A stretch of 64,000 nucleotides of DNA, taken from assembly GCA_013289085.1 (NCBI GenBank), contig JABDAR010000004.1, forward strand, positions 5,184 through 69,183, in the 5' to 3' direction. Within the stretch, counting starts at the first letter, position 1, and the number at the start of each line of letters is the position of its first letter. A program made the translations under genes and the position numbers. This document shows, one piece after another, positions 16,366-26,579 of this stretch. The stretch comes from Gammaproteobacteria bacterium (GTDB taxonomy: Bacteria > Pseudomonadota > Gammaproteobacteria > JABCZS01). Under the pieces are notes generated by a model. The model was not told the DNA's origin, searched no databases, and was given only the letters and a program-made list of their open reading frames with translations.

Positions 16366-17645
16366 TGCAGTTAACAATAAAATCACTTAATCATCAAGGG
16401 CAGGGCGTAGCTAGCCATGAAGGTAAAACCGTATTTGTCAGTAATGCGCTCGCTGGTGAAGAAGTAATTGTGCGTATCACTAAAACACATCGCAGATATG
16501 ATGAAGCACTCGCTCTAGAAATTTTATCGCCATCACATGATCGCACAGAACCTGTGTGTCCACATTTTTTAATGTGCGGTGGATGCTCGCTGCAGCATAT
16601 GCAAGCAAATGCACAAGTGGCGTTAAAGCAAGATGTTTTACTCGAGCAATTACATCATATTGCACAAGCAAAACCAAAAATTATTTTACCACCTTTGCAA
16701 GGACCCACAGAAGGCTATCGTCGTAAAGCCCGTATGGGTGTTAAGTTTGTGGATAAAAAAAATAAATTACTCATTGGCTTTCGTGAGCAAAATAATCGTT
16801 ATTTAGCCGATCTAGAAACGTGTAAAGTATTATTGCCGCAAATAGGCGCGTCGTTTGAACCTTTGCGTGAAGCTTTAATGCAATTATCAAATTATCGCAG
16901 CATTGCGCAAATTGAACTGTCTGCGGGCGATCATGTGACGGCTATCATTGTGCGACATTTAGAAGCATTGACAGAAAATGATCTAGATGTGTTAAAAAAA
17001 TACGGTGCAAATAATAATATTCATATTTATTTACAGCCAAAAGGTCCTGATACAGTACATTTACTTTATCCTGAACAATCAGAATTATCTTATGAAATAG
17101 ATAATAGTCTCTTAAAATTTAATCCTTTGGATTTTGTTCAAGTCAATGCGAACATTAATCATCAAATGGTAGCAGCGGCATTGGAGCAACTTGAGTTAAA
17201 ACCAACCGATCAGGTATTGGATTTATTTTCAGGGTTGGGTAATTTTACGATACCCATAGCTAAACGCGCAGCAAAAGTAGTCGGCGTTGAGGGCAGTCAA
17301 CAAATGGCCAATCAATTATTGGCAAATGCACAACACAATGATTTAAATAATGTTGAAGCTTATATGTATGATTTAACCAAACCCTTAGATGACCAACCTT
17401 GGGTGCGCGCCTATGATAAATTAGTACTCGATCCACCGCGTGCAGGTGCACTAGAAATTGCCCAGCAAATAAAACGCTTCCAAGCGAAAAAAATTGTTTA
17501 TATTTCCTGTCATTTAGCCACGCTTGCTCGCGATACCAAAGTGATTTTAGAGCAAGGCTATGAATTGCAAGCAGCAGGTGTCATTGATATGTTCCCACAC
17601 ACTATGCATGCAGAATCCATGGCAGTCTTTGTAAAGCAGAAGTAA
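16365..17645 (+). CDS. rlmD: 23S rRNA (uracil1939-C5)-methyltransferase
   Basis: TRAM-like N-terminus, Cys cluster CPHFLMCGGCSLQH, SAM motif VLDLFSGLGNFT, catalytic region KIVYISCH. Located upstream of relA as in E. coli. Confidence 0.9.
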   Translation: MQLTIKSLNHQGQGVASHEGKTVFVSNALAGEEVIVRITKTHRRYDEALALEILSPSHDRTEPVCPHFLMCGGCSLQHMQANAQVALKQDVLLEQLHHIAQAKPKIILPPLQGPTEGYRRKARMGVKFVDKKNKLLIGFREQNNRYLADLETCKVLLPQIGASFEPLREALMQLSNYRSIAQIELSAGDHVTAIIVRHLEALTENDLDVLKKYGANNNIHIYLQPKGPDTVHLLYPEQSELSYEIDNSLLKFNPLDFVQVNANINHQMVAAALEQLELKPTDQVLDLFSGLGNFTIPIAKRAAKVVGVEGSQQMANQLLANAQHNDLNNVEAYMYDLTKPLDDQPWVRAYDKLVLDPPRAGALEIAQQIKRFQAKKIVYISCHLATLARDTKVILEQGYELQAAGVIDMFPHTMHAESMAVFVKQK

Positions 17646-17650
17646 TTATT

Positions 17651-19717
17651 ATGGTCCAACTTAAAAAAGAACTACAGTATATTTGGTTAGATGAACCTTT
17701 GGTGCAAAAAGCGATCGCCTGGGTGAACGCGCAATCATCATCTACTGATTTGTTGACTCAAGGCCAAGTGATGGCTGATATTTTATTTGATTTAAATATG
17801 GATGCACAGTCATTAGCTGCAGCTATTATTTTCCCAACAATATCTGCTTTAAAGATCAAAACTGAAATTTTAAATACTGAATTTTCACCGCAAATGTCTA
17901 AATTAATAAATGGCGTTCTGCAAATGGATGCCATCCAAGGGTCAAGTAAAATGCTACTTGCCATGGTGGAAGATGTGCGTGTAGTTTTGATTAAATTAGC
18001 GGAGCAAGTTTACGTGATGCGACATTTGCGTGATAAAGATACCGAAACACAACTGACCATTGCACATCAAACCATGAATATTTATGCGCCGCTTGCGAAT
18101 CGCTTGGGCGTTGGGCAAGTGAAATGGGAATTAGAAGATTTATCATTTCGTTATTTACATCCCGATGATTATAAAAATATCGCTAGGCTTTTAGAAGAAA
18201 AAAGATTGCAGCGTGAAGCTTATATAGATGATATTTTAAATATTCTGAATAATGCCTTGCGTGAAGAGGGTCTTGAAGCACAGGTTGAAGGCCGCGTTAA
18301 ACACATCTACAGTATCTGGCGCAAGATGCAAAAAAAGAATTTAGATTATCATCAAATATATGATGTTCGCGCAGTGCGTATTTTAGTACCGGAAATTAAA
18401 GATTGTTATGCAGCACTTGGCACCGTGCATCAATTATGGCAGCCTATTACCAGTGAATTTGATGATTATATTGCCCGACCCAAAGAAAATGGTTACCGTT
18501 CATTACATACTGCAGTGTTTGGTCCACAAGGTAAAGCCCTTGAAGTGCAAATCAGAACTCATAAAATGCATGAAGAATCTGAGCTTGGGGTTGCATCACA
18601 TTGGCGCTACAAAGAAGGTGTCAAACATGATGCAGGTTATGAACAAAAACTCGCTTGGTTACGTGAACTATTAGAGTGGCAAATCGATGCAGAGCTGCCC
18701 AGTCAATTTGTCGATGAACATATTTATGCTTTAACGCCAAAAGGCGATATTGTTGATTTACCCATAGGCGCAACACCGCTTGATTTTGCATATCATGTGC
18801 ATACTTCTATTGGCCATCGTTGTCGTGGTGCTAAAGTCAACGGCCATATGGTGCCATTAACTTATAAACTTAAAACCGGTGATCAAGTCGATGTTTTAAC
18901 CACAAAAGAAAATAAACCCAGTCGCGATTGGCTTAATTTAGAGTTAGGTTATGCTGTATCTGCAAGAACTCGGCAAAAAATACAATCTTGGTTTAGGCAG
19001 CAAAATCGTGATCACAATATTGCAACGGGCAAAGCAATGATTGATCGTGAATTAGAGCGACTAGATTTAAAATCATTTAATTACGAACAATTGGCTGAAA
19101 AATTTAATTATAAAACGGGTGATGAAATATTAGCTGCAATGGGTCGTGGCGATATTGGTTTTCATCAATTACTGAATGCTGCAGGTGTTTCTTTGCAATC
19201 ATTAGCGCCTGAACGCGCTCCCAAATTAACCACAGTTAAATCTTCAACTGCAAATATTACTATTAATGGTGTGGGTAATTTATTGACACAATTAGCGAAA
19301 TGTTGTCATCCTGTGCCTGGGGATTCTATTATTGGATATATTACGATTGGTCGTGGTGTGACGATTCATCGTAAAGATTGTAGTAATATTTTTGAGTTTG
19401 AAGAACATCATAAAGAGCGTTTAGTGCAAGTAGAGTGGGGAGAATCTCGTGCGACACGCACCTATGCTGTGAGTGTGCATGTAGAAGCCTACGATAGACC
19501 TGATTTATTACGCGATATTACCAATATGTTATCTACAGAAAAAATTTCTTTAAGTGGTTTGCAAACGCATATCAATGCGATGCAACAAACGATACAATTG
19601 GATATAGTCATGCAAGTCGTGGATATGTCCACTTTGAGTCGATTATTAGACCGAATGAATAGTATTCCCAATGTCATTAGCGCAAGTCGCTATCAAGAAG
19701 CTAAAAATAGGAGTTAA
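17651..19717 (+). CDS. relA: GTP pyrophosphokinase ((p)ppGpp synthetase I, RelA type)
   Basis: Synthetase block RVKHIYSIWRKMQKK, YDVRAVRILV, DYIARPKENGYRSLHT, LEVQIRTHKMH. TGS IYALTPKGDIVDLPIGATPLDFAY. C-terminal ACT-like region. I saw no HD hydrolase dyad in the N-terminus. Confidence 0.9.
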   Translation: MVQLKKELQYIWLDEPLVQKAIAWVNAQSSSTDLLTQGQVMADILFDLNMDAQSLAAAIIFPTISALKIKTEILNTEFSPQMSKLINGVLQMDAIQGSSKMLLAMVEDVRVVLIKLAEQVYVMRHLRDKDTETQLTIAHQTMNIYAPLANRLGVGQVKWELEDLSFRYLHPDDYKNIARLLEEKRLQREAYIDDILNILNNALREEGLEAQVEGRVKHIYSIWRKMQKKNLDYHQIYDVRAVRILVPEIKDCYAALGTVHQLWQPITSEFDDYIARPKENGYRSLHTAVFGPQGKALEVQIRTHKMHEESELGVASHWRYKEGVKHDAGYEQKLAWLRELLEWQIDAELPSQFVDEHIYALTPKGDIVDLPIGATPLDFAYHVHTSIGHRCRGAKVNGHMVPLTYKLKTGDQVDVLTTKENKPSRDWLNLELGYAVSARTRQKIQSWFRQQNRDHNIATGKAMIDRELERLDLKSFNYEQLAEKFNYKTGDEILAAMGRGDIGFHQLLNAAGVSLQSLAPERAPKLTTVKSSTANITINGVGNLLTQLAKCCHPVPGDSIIGYITIGRGVTIHRKDCSNIFEFEEHHKERLVQVEWGESRATRTYAVSVHVEAYDRPDLLRDITNMLSTEKISLSGLQTHINAMQQTIQLDIVMQVVDMSTLSRLLDRMNSIPNVISASRYQEAKNRS

Positions 19718-19720
19718 GCA

Positions 19721-20371
19721 ATGCGTATTATATTATTAGGCGCCCCAGGGGTAGGGAAAGGTACACAAGCAAGTTTATTGGCACAAGCGCTTAATATTCC
19801 TAAAATTGCAACCGGTGATATGTTGCGCACTGCAGTACAAGAGCAAAGTTCTTTGGGTTTAAAAGCCAAATCATTTATGGATGCTGGGCATTTAGTGCCT
19901 GATGATGTCATCATAGGATTAGCTGTAGATAGAATTCATCAAGCAGATTGCCAACCAGGTTTTATATTTGATGGGTTTCCGCGTACACTTGCACAAGCGC
20001 AAGCTTTGCAAGAGCATCAGGTAAACATTGATCAAGTGATAGAGATTCAGGTCAGTGATGAAGAAATCATTCACCGCCTAAGTGGTAGACGTATTCATTT
20101 ATCTTCCGGCAGAATTTATCATACGCACTTTAATCCACCTAAAATAGAGGGTAAAGATGATCATACCGGTGAAGATCTAATTCAACGTGAAGATGATAAA
20201 GAAGTAACGATTCGTAAACGTTTGCAAGTGTATCGTGAACAAACAGAAGCGTTGGTTTCTTATTATAAAAATATGCCAGGTGATGCACCAGAATTTCACA
20301 CGATTTCCGGGGTAGGGGATACGAATGAGATTCATAAGAAAATGTTGGAATTATTGCAATTCAAACGTTAA
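19721..20371 (+). CDS. adk: Adenylate kinase
   Basis: [18 protein letters not shown]-loop, [14 protein letters not shown], and a LID segment [12 protein letters not shown] lacking the Zn Cys. RBS aggag. Confidence 0.95.
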   Translation: MRIILLGAPGVGKGTQASLLAQALNIPKIATGDMLRTAVQEQSSLGLKAKSFMDAGHLVPDDVIIGLAVDRIHQADCQPGFIFDGFPRTLAQAQALQEHQVNIDQVIEIQVSDEEIIHRLSGRRIHLSSGRIYHTHFNPPKIEGKDDHTGEDLIQREDDKEVTIRKRLQVYREQTEALVSYYKNMPGDAPEFHTISGVGDTNEIHKKMLELLQFKR

Positions 20372-22438
20372 CCACACACTGCGTGGACTACCTACAGTAA
20401 CATTTGAACGGCGATAACCGTAGTAATAGGTGACATCGTTTATATTTTCGATGTTTAAACGAATGGCTAATTCTTTATCTTGTTCGCGAATGGGAAAGTA
20501 ATACGCAGCGCCGGTGTCTACGCGTGCGTAAGGATCTAAAATAAATGTATTTTGATCATCACCATAGCGTTCTCCTTCATAAAATACACCTGCATTTACG
20601 CCGAAATTATTTAATTTACCTTTATGAAAACGATATTCACCCCATAAAGTCGCAGCAAGTTTCGGAACTGCTGCGGGCTGATTACCTGCAATATCAGGTT
20701 CATTATCTTCTGAAAATTCTGCATCTAGCCACATTAGCGTACTTAATATCGTCCAATTTTCATAAACTTTACCTTGCGCGCCTAATTCTAAACCTTGATG
20801 GTGTTGTTCACCGCGTTGAATAATAATCACTTCATTAGGATCATCCCCACCTGTTTCCTCGGTGATTGGTTGATTATGCCGTAAAATATCAAACACAGCC
20901 GCGGATAACAATAAGTGTGAATCAAATAATTCCATTTTGGTACCCACTTCTACTTGTTCAGAAAAAGTAGGTTCCAGTGCTTCACCAAAATTAACGGCAT
21001 TTCTATCACTCACAGGTTCATTAAACTCAAAGCCTTCACTGTAACTGATATAGTTACTCCAAAATATAAGTGGTTTGTATAATAATGCTAAATGTGGACT
21101 CGTATGATTGATACTGCTTTCATCTAAAGTAGAAGAATCCGCTTGATAAGTATCAAAACGCGCACCCAATATAAATTCCCATTGCGTACTGAGTTGTACC
21201 ACATCTTGTGCATAAACCCCTATATTATGGGTGAGCACACTAGTCGGATCTTGGAATTCACCAAAGTCAGGTTCATCTAAAGTAGGGGGATCATAAATAC
21301 TGTAAGTTTGTGTCACAATCGCTTCGGTTTCTTCGGCTTCATGATCCATCAATGAATAGCTTGTACCGAATAATAATTTTTGATCAAGTCCAAGAAATGC
21401 TACATCACCCATGGTTTCTACCAAGACATTGTAATAATTCCAAGTATCTAAGCGTCGATAAATATTATATTTAAAATCACCATTATCTTCACTTGATAAT
21501 AACAAATTACTTAAAATACGATCGCGAGTGACGTATTGATAAAATAATGCGCTGTGCAGTGTCCAATCATATGACAAATCACTATAGTTATCTAAAAATG
21601 TATTAATAGAGCTTTGATCAGTTTTAGTCCACTTTTGATTTAAATATGCACTGCGTGGAAGATCTGCAACATGCTCGCCCACTGCGACCAGCCCACTGTC
21701 TTGAGGTTGGGTACTGTTTTGCACATTAAAATTAAACCAGGTATCCGTATTATCGAGCGTATCACCATTGACACTCATATCAAATAATTGCCGGTTTTGA
21801 TAATACACATCACGAAAGCTATTAGCATCTTGCACAGCTAAATTAGCACGATAATCTACCTTGTCAGTACTTTGATTGAGATCAGCATAAGCACGGTAAT
21901 AGTCCCAACTACCCGCCTGTACGCCGCCATTATTAAAATCTTCATCTTGCGGTTTTTTGGTTATAAAATTAATCATACCGCCAGGCGATCCCGGTCCATA
22001 TAAAAAAGAAGAGGGACCTTTTAATACTTCAACCCTATCAATAATTTCAATGGCAGGTGAATCTAAAAAGAAATAGAGCAAACCATTGCGTAAATAATTG
22101 CCTGTAGGATTTAAGCTAAAACCACGTGAACGAAAATTGGATCGCGTGCCAAAACCACCTTCATTACTGAGACTGGCATCATTTTTGAGAATATCATCAA
22201 CATTAATAGCTTGTTGATCATCCATGACTTCATCGTCAATAACAGTACTGGACTCAGGACTATCAAGCGGTGCTAAACCAACACGATTGCCAGTTCCAGT
22301 CACATCAATGGCTTCTGCTGTGACTTCTATGGTGTCGAAGGTAAAGACCGGCGTTGTATCATCTTCAATGGCATACGCTGTAGTTATACTGAACACATAT
22401 ATAACTAAGCTTGCTAAATAAACTCTGATAACGCTCAT
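20351..22438 (-). CDS. TonB-dependent outer-membrane receptor (siderophore/iron-type)
   Basis: Signal [23 protein letters not shown]. TonB-box-like [13 protein letters not shown]. Plug motif [28 protein letters not shown]. Long beta-barrel. Start at ATG 22438, not 22501, because the upstream 21 codons run across the Fur-box region. Confidence 0.85.
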   Translation of the reverse strand: MSVIRVYLASLVIYVFSITTAYAIEDDTTPVFTFDTIEVTAEAIDVTGTGNRVGLAPLDSPESSTVIDDEVMDDQQAINVDDILKNDASLSNEGGFGTRSNFRSRGFSLNPTGNYLRNGLLYFFLDSPAIEIIDRVEVLKGPSSFLYGPGSPGGMINFITKKPQDEDFNNGGVQAGSWDYYRAYADLNQSTDKVDYRANLAVQDANSFRDVYYQNRQLFDMSVNGDTLDNTDTWFNFNVQNSTQPQDSGLVAVGEHVADLPRSAYLNQKWTKTDQSSINTFLDNYSDLSYDWTLHSALFYQYVTRDRILSNLLLSSEDNGDFKYNIYRRLDTWNYYNVLVETMGDVAFLGLDQKLLFGTSYSLMDHEAEETEAIVTQTYSIYDPPTLDEPDFGEFQDPTSVLTHNIGVYAQDVVQLSTQWEFILGARFDTYQADSSTLDESSINHTSPHLALLYKPLIFWSNYISYSEGFEFNEPVSDRNAVNFGEALEPTFSEQVEVGTKMELFDSHLLLSAAVFDILRHNQPITEETGGDDPNEVIIIQRGEQHHQGLELGAQGKVYENWTILSTLMWLDAEFSEDNEPDIAGNQPAAVPKLAATLWGEYRFHKGKLNNFGVNAGVFYEGERYGDDQNTFILDPYARVDTGAAYYFPIREQDKELAIRLNIENINDVTYYYGYRRSNVTVGSPRSVWLTFELQ

Positions 22439-22467
22439 AGGGGTTACTTCACTAAATGATTTGCAAA

Positions 22468-22492
22468 TGCAAATGATAATGATTATTATTCG
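22468..22492. promoter_or_regulatory. Putative Fur box in the divergent receptor / tonB-exbBD intergenic region
   Basis: gataatgattattattcgg matches 14 of 19 positions of the consensus GATAATGATAATCATTATC. It is preceded by a related aatgatttgcaaatgc. Confidence 0.5.
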
Positions 22493-22513
22493 GAATAACA
22501 AGAGGAACAGTTC

Positions 22514-23104
22514 ATGTTGGGTTTGACACGTAGTGATGGGGTGTTAATTAGCGCATTGCTTATTTCTATAAGCCTACATTTAGGTTTTCTTTGGTATAAG
22601 CCTATGCAGCCTAAAAATACATTTCAAGCGCCTGCAGGGCAGTCTATGGCTGTTACTTTAGGTTCGCCACCTGTACCTAAAAAAATAATTACAGAAGCGC
22701 AACCTGTCATTGATGAACTGATTACCACAGCAGCACAAAATACTAAAACTGAAATTATTCCTGAAAAACCAGAGTCAGAAATTGAAGAAATACCACCTGA
22801 CATTGTAGGTGAACTAGAAGAATTAATAGTGACGCGCGAAGTACAATTAAGCCAAAAGCCCATTGCACCGATTTATCCAGAAAAATCGCGGCGCGAGCGG
22901 CAGGAAGGTTTAGTGTTAGTGCGTGCACAAGTAGATGAATCCGGGAACACCCATAAAGTGATCGTTTCACACTCATCGGGTTTTCCATTATTAGATAAAG
23001 CAGCGATTGAAGCGGTTTTGCAATGGTCATTTTTGCCCGCAAAAGAAAATGAACAAGCGATTACCGCATGGATAGAAGTTCCCATTGATTTTAAATTGAG
23101 GTAA
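22514..23104 (+). CDS. tonB: Energy transducer TonB
   Basis: N-terminal TM, Pro/Glu-rich spacer (PPVPKK...EKPESEIEEIPPD), C-terminal TonB domain EGLVLVRAQVDESGNTHKVIVSHSSGFPLLDKAAIEAVLQWSFLPA. Confidence 0.85.
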   Translation: MLGLTRSDGVLISALLISISLHLGFLWYKPMQPKNTFQAPAGQSMAVTLGSPPVPKKIITEAQPVIDELITTAAQNTKTEIIPEKPESEIEEIPPDIVGELEELIVTREVQLSQKPIAPIYPEKSRRERQEGLVLVRAQVDESGNTHKVIVSHSSGFPLLDKAAIEAVLQWSFLPAKENEQAITAWIEVPIDFKLR

Positions 23105-23107
23105 AAC

Positions 23108-23584
23108 ATGTTATTAGAAATATTTCACAGTAGTTGGTTGATGTATCCTTTATTTGCTGCATCTATAATAGCTTTCGCTATTATTCTAGAGCGCTTATGT
23201 ATACTCAATTTTACCTTAAAACGTGCAACAAAGCGTGTGCTTGCCAAAGGTAGTCAAGAAAAAATGACGCATCAAGCAAAGCATGAAATATTCCTATGGG
23301 AAAAACATTTAAATATGTTAGGCACGGTAGCAACCACAACGCCATTATTAGGTTTACTCGGCACAGTGCTAGGCATGATTACTATTTTTGATGTCATGAT
23401 GCAAGAAGGTTTAGGTAAAGCGCAAGAATTAGCAGGCGGTATCAGTGAAGCGTTATTGACTACAGCAGTGGGTATGTCGATAGCCATTATTGCGCTCTTA
23501 TTTCACCGTTATTTTAACCGCAAAATAAACGGCCTTATTTTACATCTTGAAACGGCGATGATGGAGTGTGCTAAAGATGCGTAG
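23108..23584 (+). CDS. exbB: MotA/TolQ/ExbB proton-channel family protein
   Basis: TTTPLLGLLGTVLGMITIF and GGISEALLTTAVGMSIAI are typical ExbB/TolQ helices. It lies between tonB and exbD. Confidence 0.82.
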   Translation: MLLEIFHSSWLMYPLFAASIIAFAIILERLCILNFTLKRATKRVLAKGSQEKMTHQAKHEIFLWEKHLNMLGTVATTTPLLGLLGTVLGMITIFDVMMQEGLGKAQELAGGISEALLTTAVGMSIAIIALLFHRYFNRKINGLILHLETAMMECAKDA

Positions 23585-23975
23585 AACAACTCCTGATATC
23601 AGTTTAGATTTAACACCCTTGATCGATGTCGTATTTTTATTATTAATATTTTTCATGCTATCTAGTTCATTTGATGAAACACAGTGGTTGGATGTACAAT
23701 TACCAAGTATTAATGAGCAAGCCGTTGTTGAATCTGATAACACACCTTTTGTGATAGGCATAGATGCGAGTGGCGCGCTGCTGATGCAAGAACAAAACAT
23801 AGGTACTTTAAGCAATGAAGCATTAAAAAAATATTTAACGGAACACTTGCCTAAAGATCCCATGATAGTTATTCACGGCGATGCCAAAGCACCGCATGAG
23901 CGCTTAGTGCAGTTGATGTCGGTTTTGGGAGAATTAAAAATTAGCAATTTGCAAATAGCTGCGATAGCCCAATAG
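23577..23975 (+). CDS. exbD: Biopolymer transport protein ExbD/TolR
   Basis: MRRTTPDISLDLTPLIDVVFLLLIFFM. ATG 23577 overlaps exbB by 8 nt and is preferred over GTG 23568. Confidence 0.82.
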   Translation: MRRTTPDISLDLTPLIDVVFLLLIFFMLSSSFDETQWLDVQLPSINEQAVVESDNTPFVIGIDASGALLMQEQNIGTLSNEALKKYLTEHLPKDPMIVIHGDAKAPHERLVQLMSVLGELKISNLQIAAIAQ

Positions 23976-23980
23976 GGTAT

Positions 23981-24997
23981 TTAATTTTTGTATTTGTAGT
24001 TTTTTTGTTGATATGACATTCGTATATCTTGCAATCGTTTTAATACTTCCATAGAGGTGGGGCGTGTTTTTGAATGGGGTGAAACCATCTCGCAACACAC
24101 TTCCCAAATTTTTCTTTCAATAGAGTTGTGGTGTGGTGGATTATCACGATATTCCAAAGCATTTTCAGCTAAATTTGTTTGTGTGGTTTTTTTTGTACAA
24201 TCAAACGGACTGAAAATATCCATTAAAGTGGCTCCCAAAGCGTAAATATCTGTCTGTTGTGTATGATTGAAACCATTGCTAAAATACTCAAGTGCAATAT
24301 AGCCATGAGTGACTAAAGCTTTAGAGCCACTTTTTTCACCAGCGCGATGAAGATGATCTAAATCAATAATTGTGCATTTATTATGATAGGCAATAAAATT
24401 ATTGGGTTTTATATCACAGATAATCAAACCTTTTTGATGACGTTTATTGATTTCTTCAACTGCTGAAATGGCTAATTCTAACTGGTCTGCGAATGATATG
24501 TGTTTTTTCATCGATTTTTGATCTTCATAATGAAATAGAACATCTAGCAAATTATCACCGGGTGCAAATTTTGTGATGATATAATCTTTTCCGTCGGTAT
24601 GAATATGGTTGATATAACAATCATCTTGTTTTAAATTTTGAATGATTTGTGCAATTTCGAGCGGATCGGCATCGCTATATATTTTGATTGCGACAGGTGA
24701 TGCTGAGTGTGCATCAATCCCAAGCTTTACTCTACCCGAACCGCCAAGGCCTAAAGCAAATCTTGACATAACAAATTTTTCTTTATTCTGTGCAACAAGA
24801 ATAGAGTGAGTGTATTCTTGTTGTGGATAGCAATAGTTAATAAATGCATGGAGCATCCCATGACGGGTCCGTCTGGTTTTACCTATGTGTTCAGGTAATA
24901 TTGCAGCGGTTGCGTCTGCAAGCAATTGTAAGGGATTAGTATCTGATTGCTTAATTGCAGTTTGAAGCCCTATAGGTAATTCATCAATGTTTATCAT
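23981..24997 (-). CDS. Eukaryotic-like Ser/Thr protein kinase (non-RD type), effector candidate
   Basis: Gly-loop LGLGGSGRV, VAIK lysine, catalytic loop ICDIKPNNF, DFG equivalent IIDLDH, activation/APE equivalent HGYIALEY, subdomain IX DIYALGATL, subdomain XI KTRPT. No signal peptide. Confidence 0.8.
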   Translation of the reverse strand: MINIDELPIGLQTAIKQSDTNPLQLLADATAAILPEHIGKTRRTRHGMLHAFINYCYPQQEYTHSILVAQNKEKFVMSRFALGLGGSGRVKLGIDAHSASPVAIKIYSDADPLEIAQIIQNLKQDDCYINHIHTDGKDYIITKFAPGDNLLDVLFHYEDQKSMKKHISFADQLELAISAVEEINKRHQKGLIICDIKPNNFIAYHNKCTIIDLDHLHRAGEKSGSKALVTHGYIALEYFSNGFNHTQQTDIYALGATLMDIFSPFDCTKKTTQTNLAENALEYRDNPPHHNSIERKIWEVCCEMVSPHSKTRPTSMEVLKRLQDIRMSYQQKNYKYKN

Positions 24998-25026
24998 CGC
25001 AGCAGTATAAATGAAGAGTCTGATGG

Positions 25027-26073
25027 CTACCTTAAGGGGATGGCTGCATTGGGCTTAGAGAAGTCGATTGTTGCCATATCTACAGTACGTATGCTGAGAT
25101 CATCATAAGTACGATAATAAAGTTTCTTATGGGTTAAATCTTTAAATACCACCCATTGGGTGGATTCTAAAGTGGCAGTATTCGTATCACCTACAACGCG
25201 AACAAAACCTTTGGGAATATCGACATTATTGATCATATGTTGGCTTAGATTTAAGGCTTCAGTCGCGTCTTTTGGTTTAATCACTGTATTTAACATGACA
25301 GCCATTTTTACAAATCTTGAAGGTGGGCTGATATCACCGGGTAAGCCTATCATGCCAGAACCTTGGCCGGTCGCCGTATAAGTAATTCCATCTGCAATCA
25401 CAGGTTTAGGATTTGTGGGTGAGAGTTGCAAGTAATTGCGCAAATTGGTGACATGCCAATCATAAGTGGGCGAATTGGTCATGACACCCATATGTTCATG
25501 AATGTGAAGTTCACCTTTGACATATTCAATCACTATACCTTTGCCAGTACTATCAAATACTGAATAATGGACAGGAAATATCATATTTTGTAGTTGTGGT
25601 AATTGTTCAGAAAAAACATAAATAGAGCCAAGTGCGCTACGTACTTCGTCGACGGTTTTAAAATTACCTAATACCCAATCGCCAAACTGTAAATAAGATA
25701 ACGCTTGTTTTTCTTGGCCCGCAGGCACTGTTTGATATTCTGCTTCATCAGGAAATAATAAGGCTTCAAAAGATAAGCCAGCCTCATTCATGCCATCAAT
25801 AGGCACTCCTAAACTAAGACCATCAAGAAAGATATAATTGTATTGAGATTTCCAGGAAAGTCCTGCCGCACCATTAGGCGCACTGATATGAAAATCGTGG
25901 CCACGGCTCGTGGCAATAATGCTGGAATTCATAGGTTCAGCAAATTCCATACTGCGTGCAATCATAACGGTACCATCATTTGCAATGAGGCGAAAACTAG
26001 TACACGCTAACACTGGGCTTATACCCAGTGTAAACGCCGCGCATAATGCTGTTATTTTATAAATAGTCTTCAC
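25027..26073 (-). CDS. Secreted Ntn hydrolase of the choloylglycine hydrolase / linear amide C-N hydrolase family
   Basis: The signal peptide ends ...SPVLA|CTSFRL, placing the nucleophilic Cys at the mature N-terminus. The length (about 325 aa mature) and layout fit the CBAH family. Confidence 0.78.
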   Translation of the reverse strand: MKTIYKITALCAAFTLGISPVLACTSFRLIANDGTVMIARSMEFAEPMNSSIIATSRGHDFHISAPNGAAGLSWKSQYNYIFLDGLSLGVPIDGMNEAGLSFEALLFPDEAEYQTVPAGQEKQALSYLQFGDWVLGNFKTVDEVRSALGSIYVFSEQLPQLQNMIFPVHYSVFDSTGKGIVIEYVKGELHIHEHMGVMTNSPTYDWHVTNLRNYLQLSPTNPKPVIADGITYTATGQGSGMIGLPGDISPPSRFVKMAVMLNTVIKPKDATEALNLSQHMINNVDIPKGFVRVVGDTNTATLESTQWVVFKDLTHKKLYYRTYDDLSIRTVDMATIDFSKPNAAIPLR

Positions 26074-26474
26074 TTTTTATCCACGCTATAAGCACCTGGA
26101 CCAAACGCGAAAATATACAAAGCACCGCCTATCATGGCCATATTTTTCATAAATTGAATCATTTGCATTTGTGCCATATCTGCAGGATAGGACCAAAAGT
26201 GATGAATTAAGAAACTTGTCAGTAGCGTTAAAAGAAGCAAACAAGCAGCCCCTAAACGGGTATGCCAGCCCAGTAATACCAATAATCCGCCACCTAATTC
26301 TAAAATAATGGCAATGATTTCAAGCCCTACTGGGTGCCAGCTAAGCCCCGCACTGGTCATATAAGCCAAGGTAGCCTGAAAGCCAATAATCTTGGCAATG
26401 CCGGAAAAAATAAAAATGGCTGAAAAAAGAATACGGGCCATAAGTAATACGGTGTTGTGAGCTTTAGGTTGCAT
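26070..26474 (-). CDS. DoxX family inner-membrane protein
   Basis: Four TM helices. LLMARILFSAIFIFSGIAKI is typical of the DoxX N-terminus. The stop overlaps the hydrolase ATG (ATGA). Confidence 0.78.
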   Translation of the reverse strand: MQPKAHNTVLLMARILFSAIFIFSGIAKIIGFQATLAYMTSAGLSWHPVGLEIIAIILELGGGLLVLLGWHTRLGAACLLLLTLLTSFLIHHFWSYPADMAQMQMIQFMKNMAMIGGALYIFAFGPGAYSVDKK

Positions 26475-26579
26475 GAATACTCTCCGATAATAATGTTAAA
26501 GTCCTTAAGCTAGAGCATAGCAAATATTAAATTTTATGGTAGAGTATGGGATTATTTGGCGCCATAGGAGCAGTAACCA

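Noticed and set aside
22624-23109. Three overlapping minus-strand ORFs (79, 95 and 78 aa) opposite tonB
   Set aside because: tonB on the + strand has a clear TM, Pro-rich spacer and C-terminal domain architecture. The antisense ORFs have no RBS or recognisable features.
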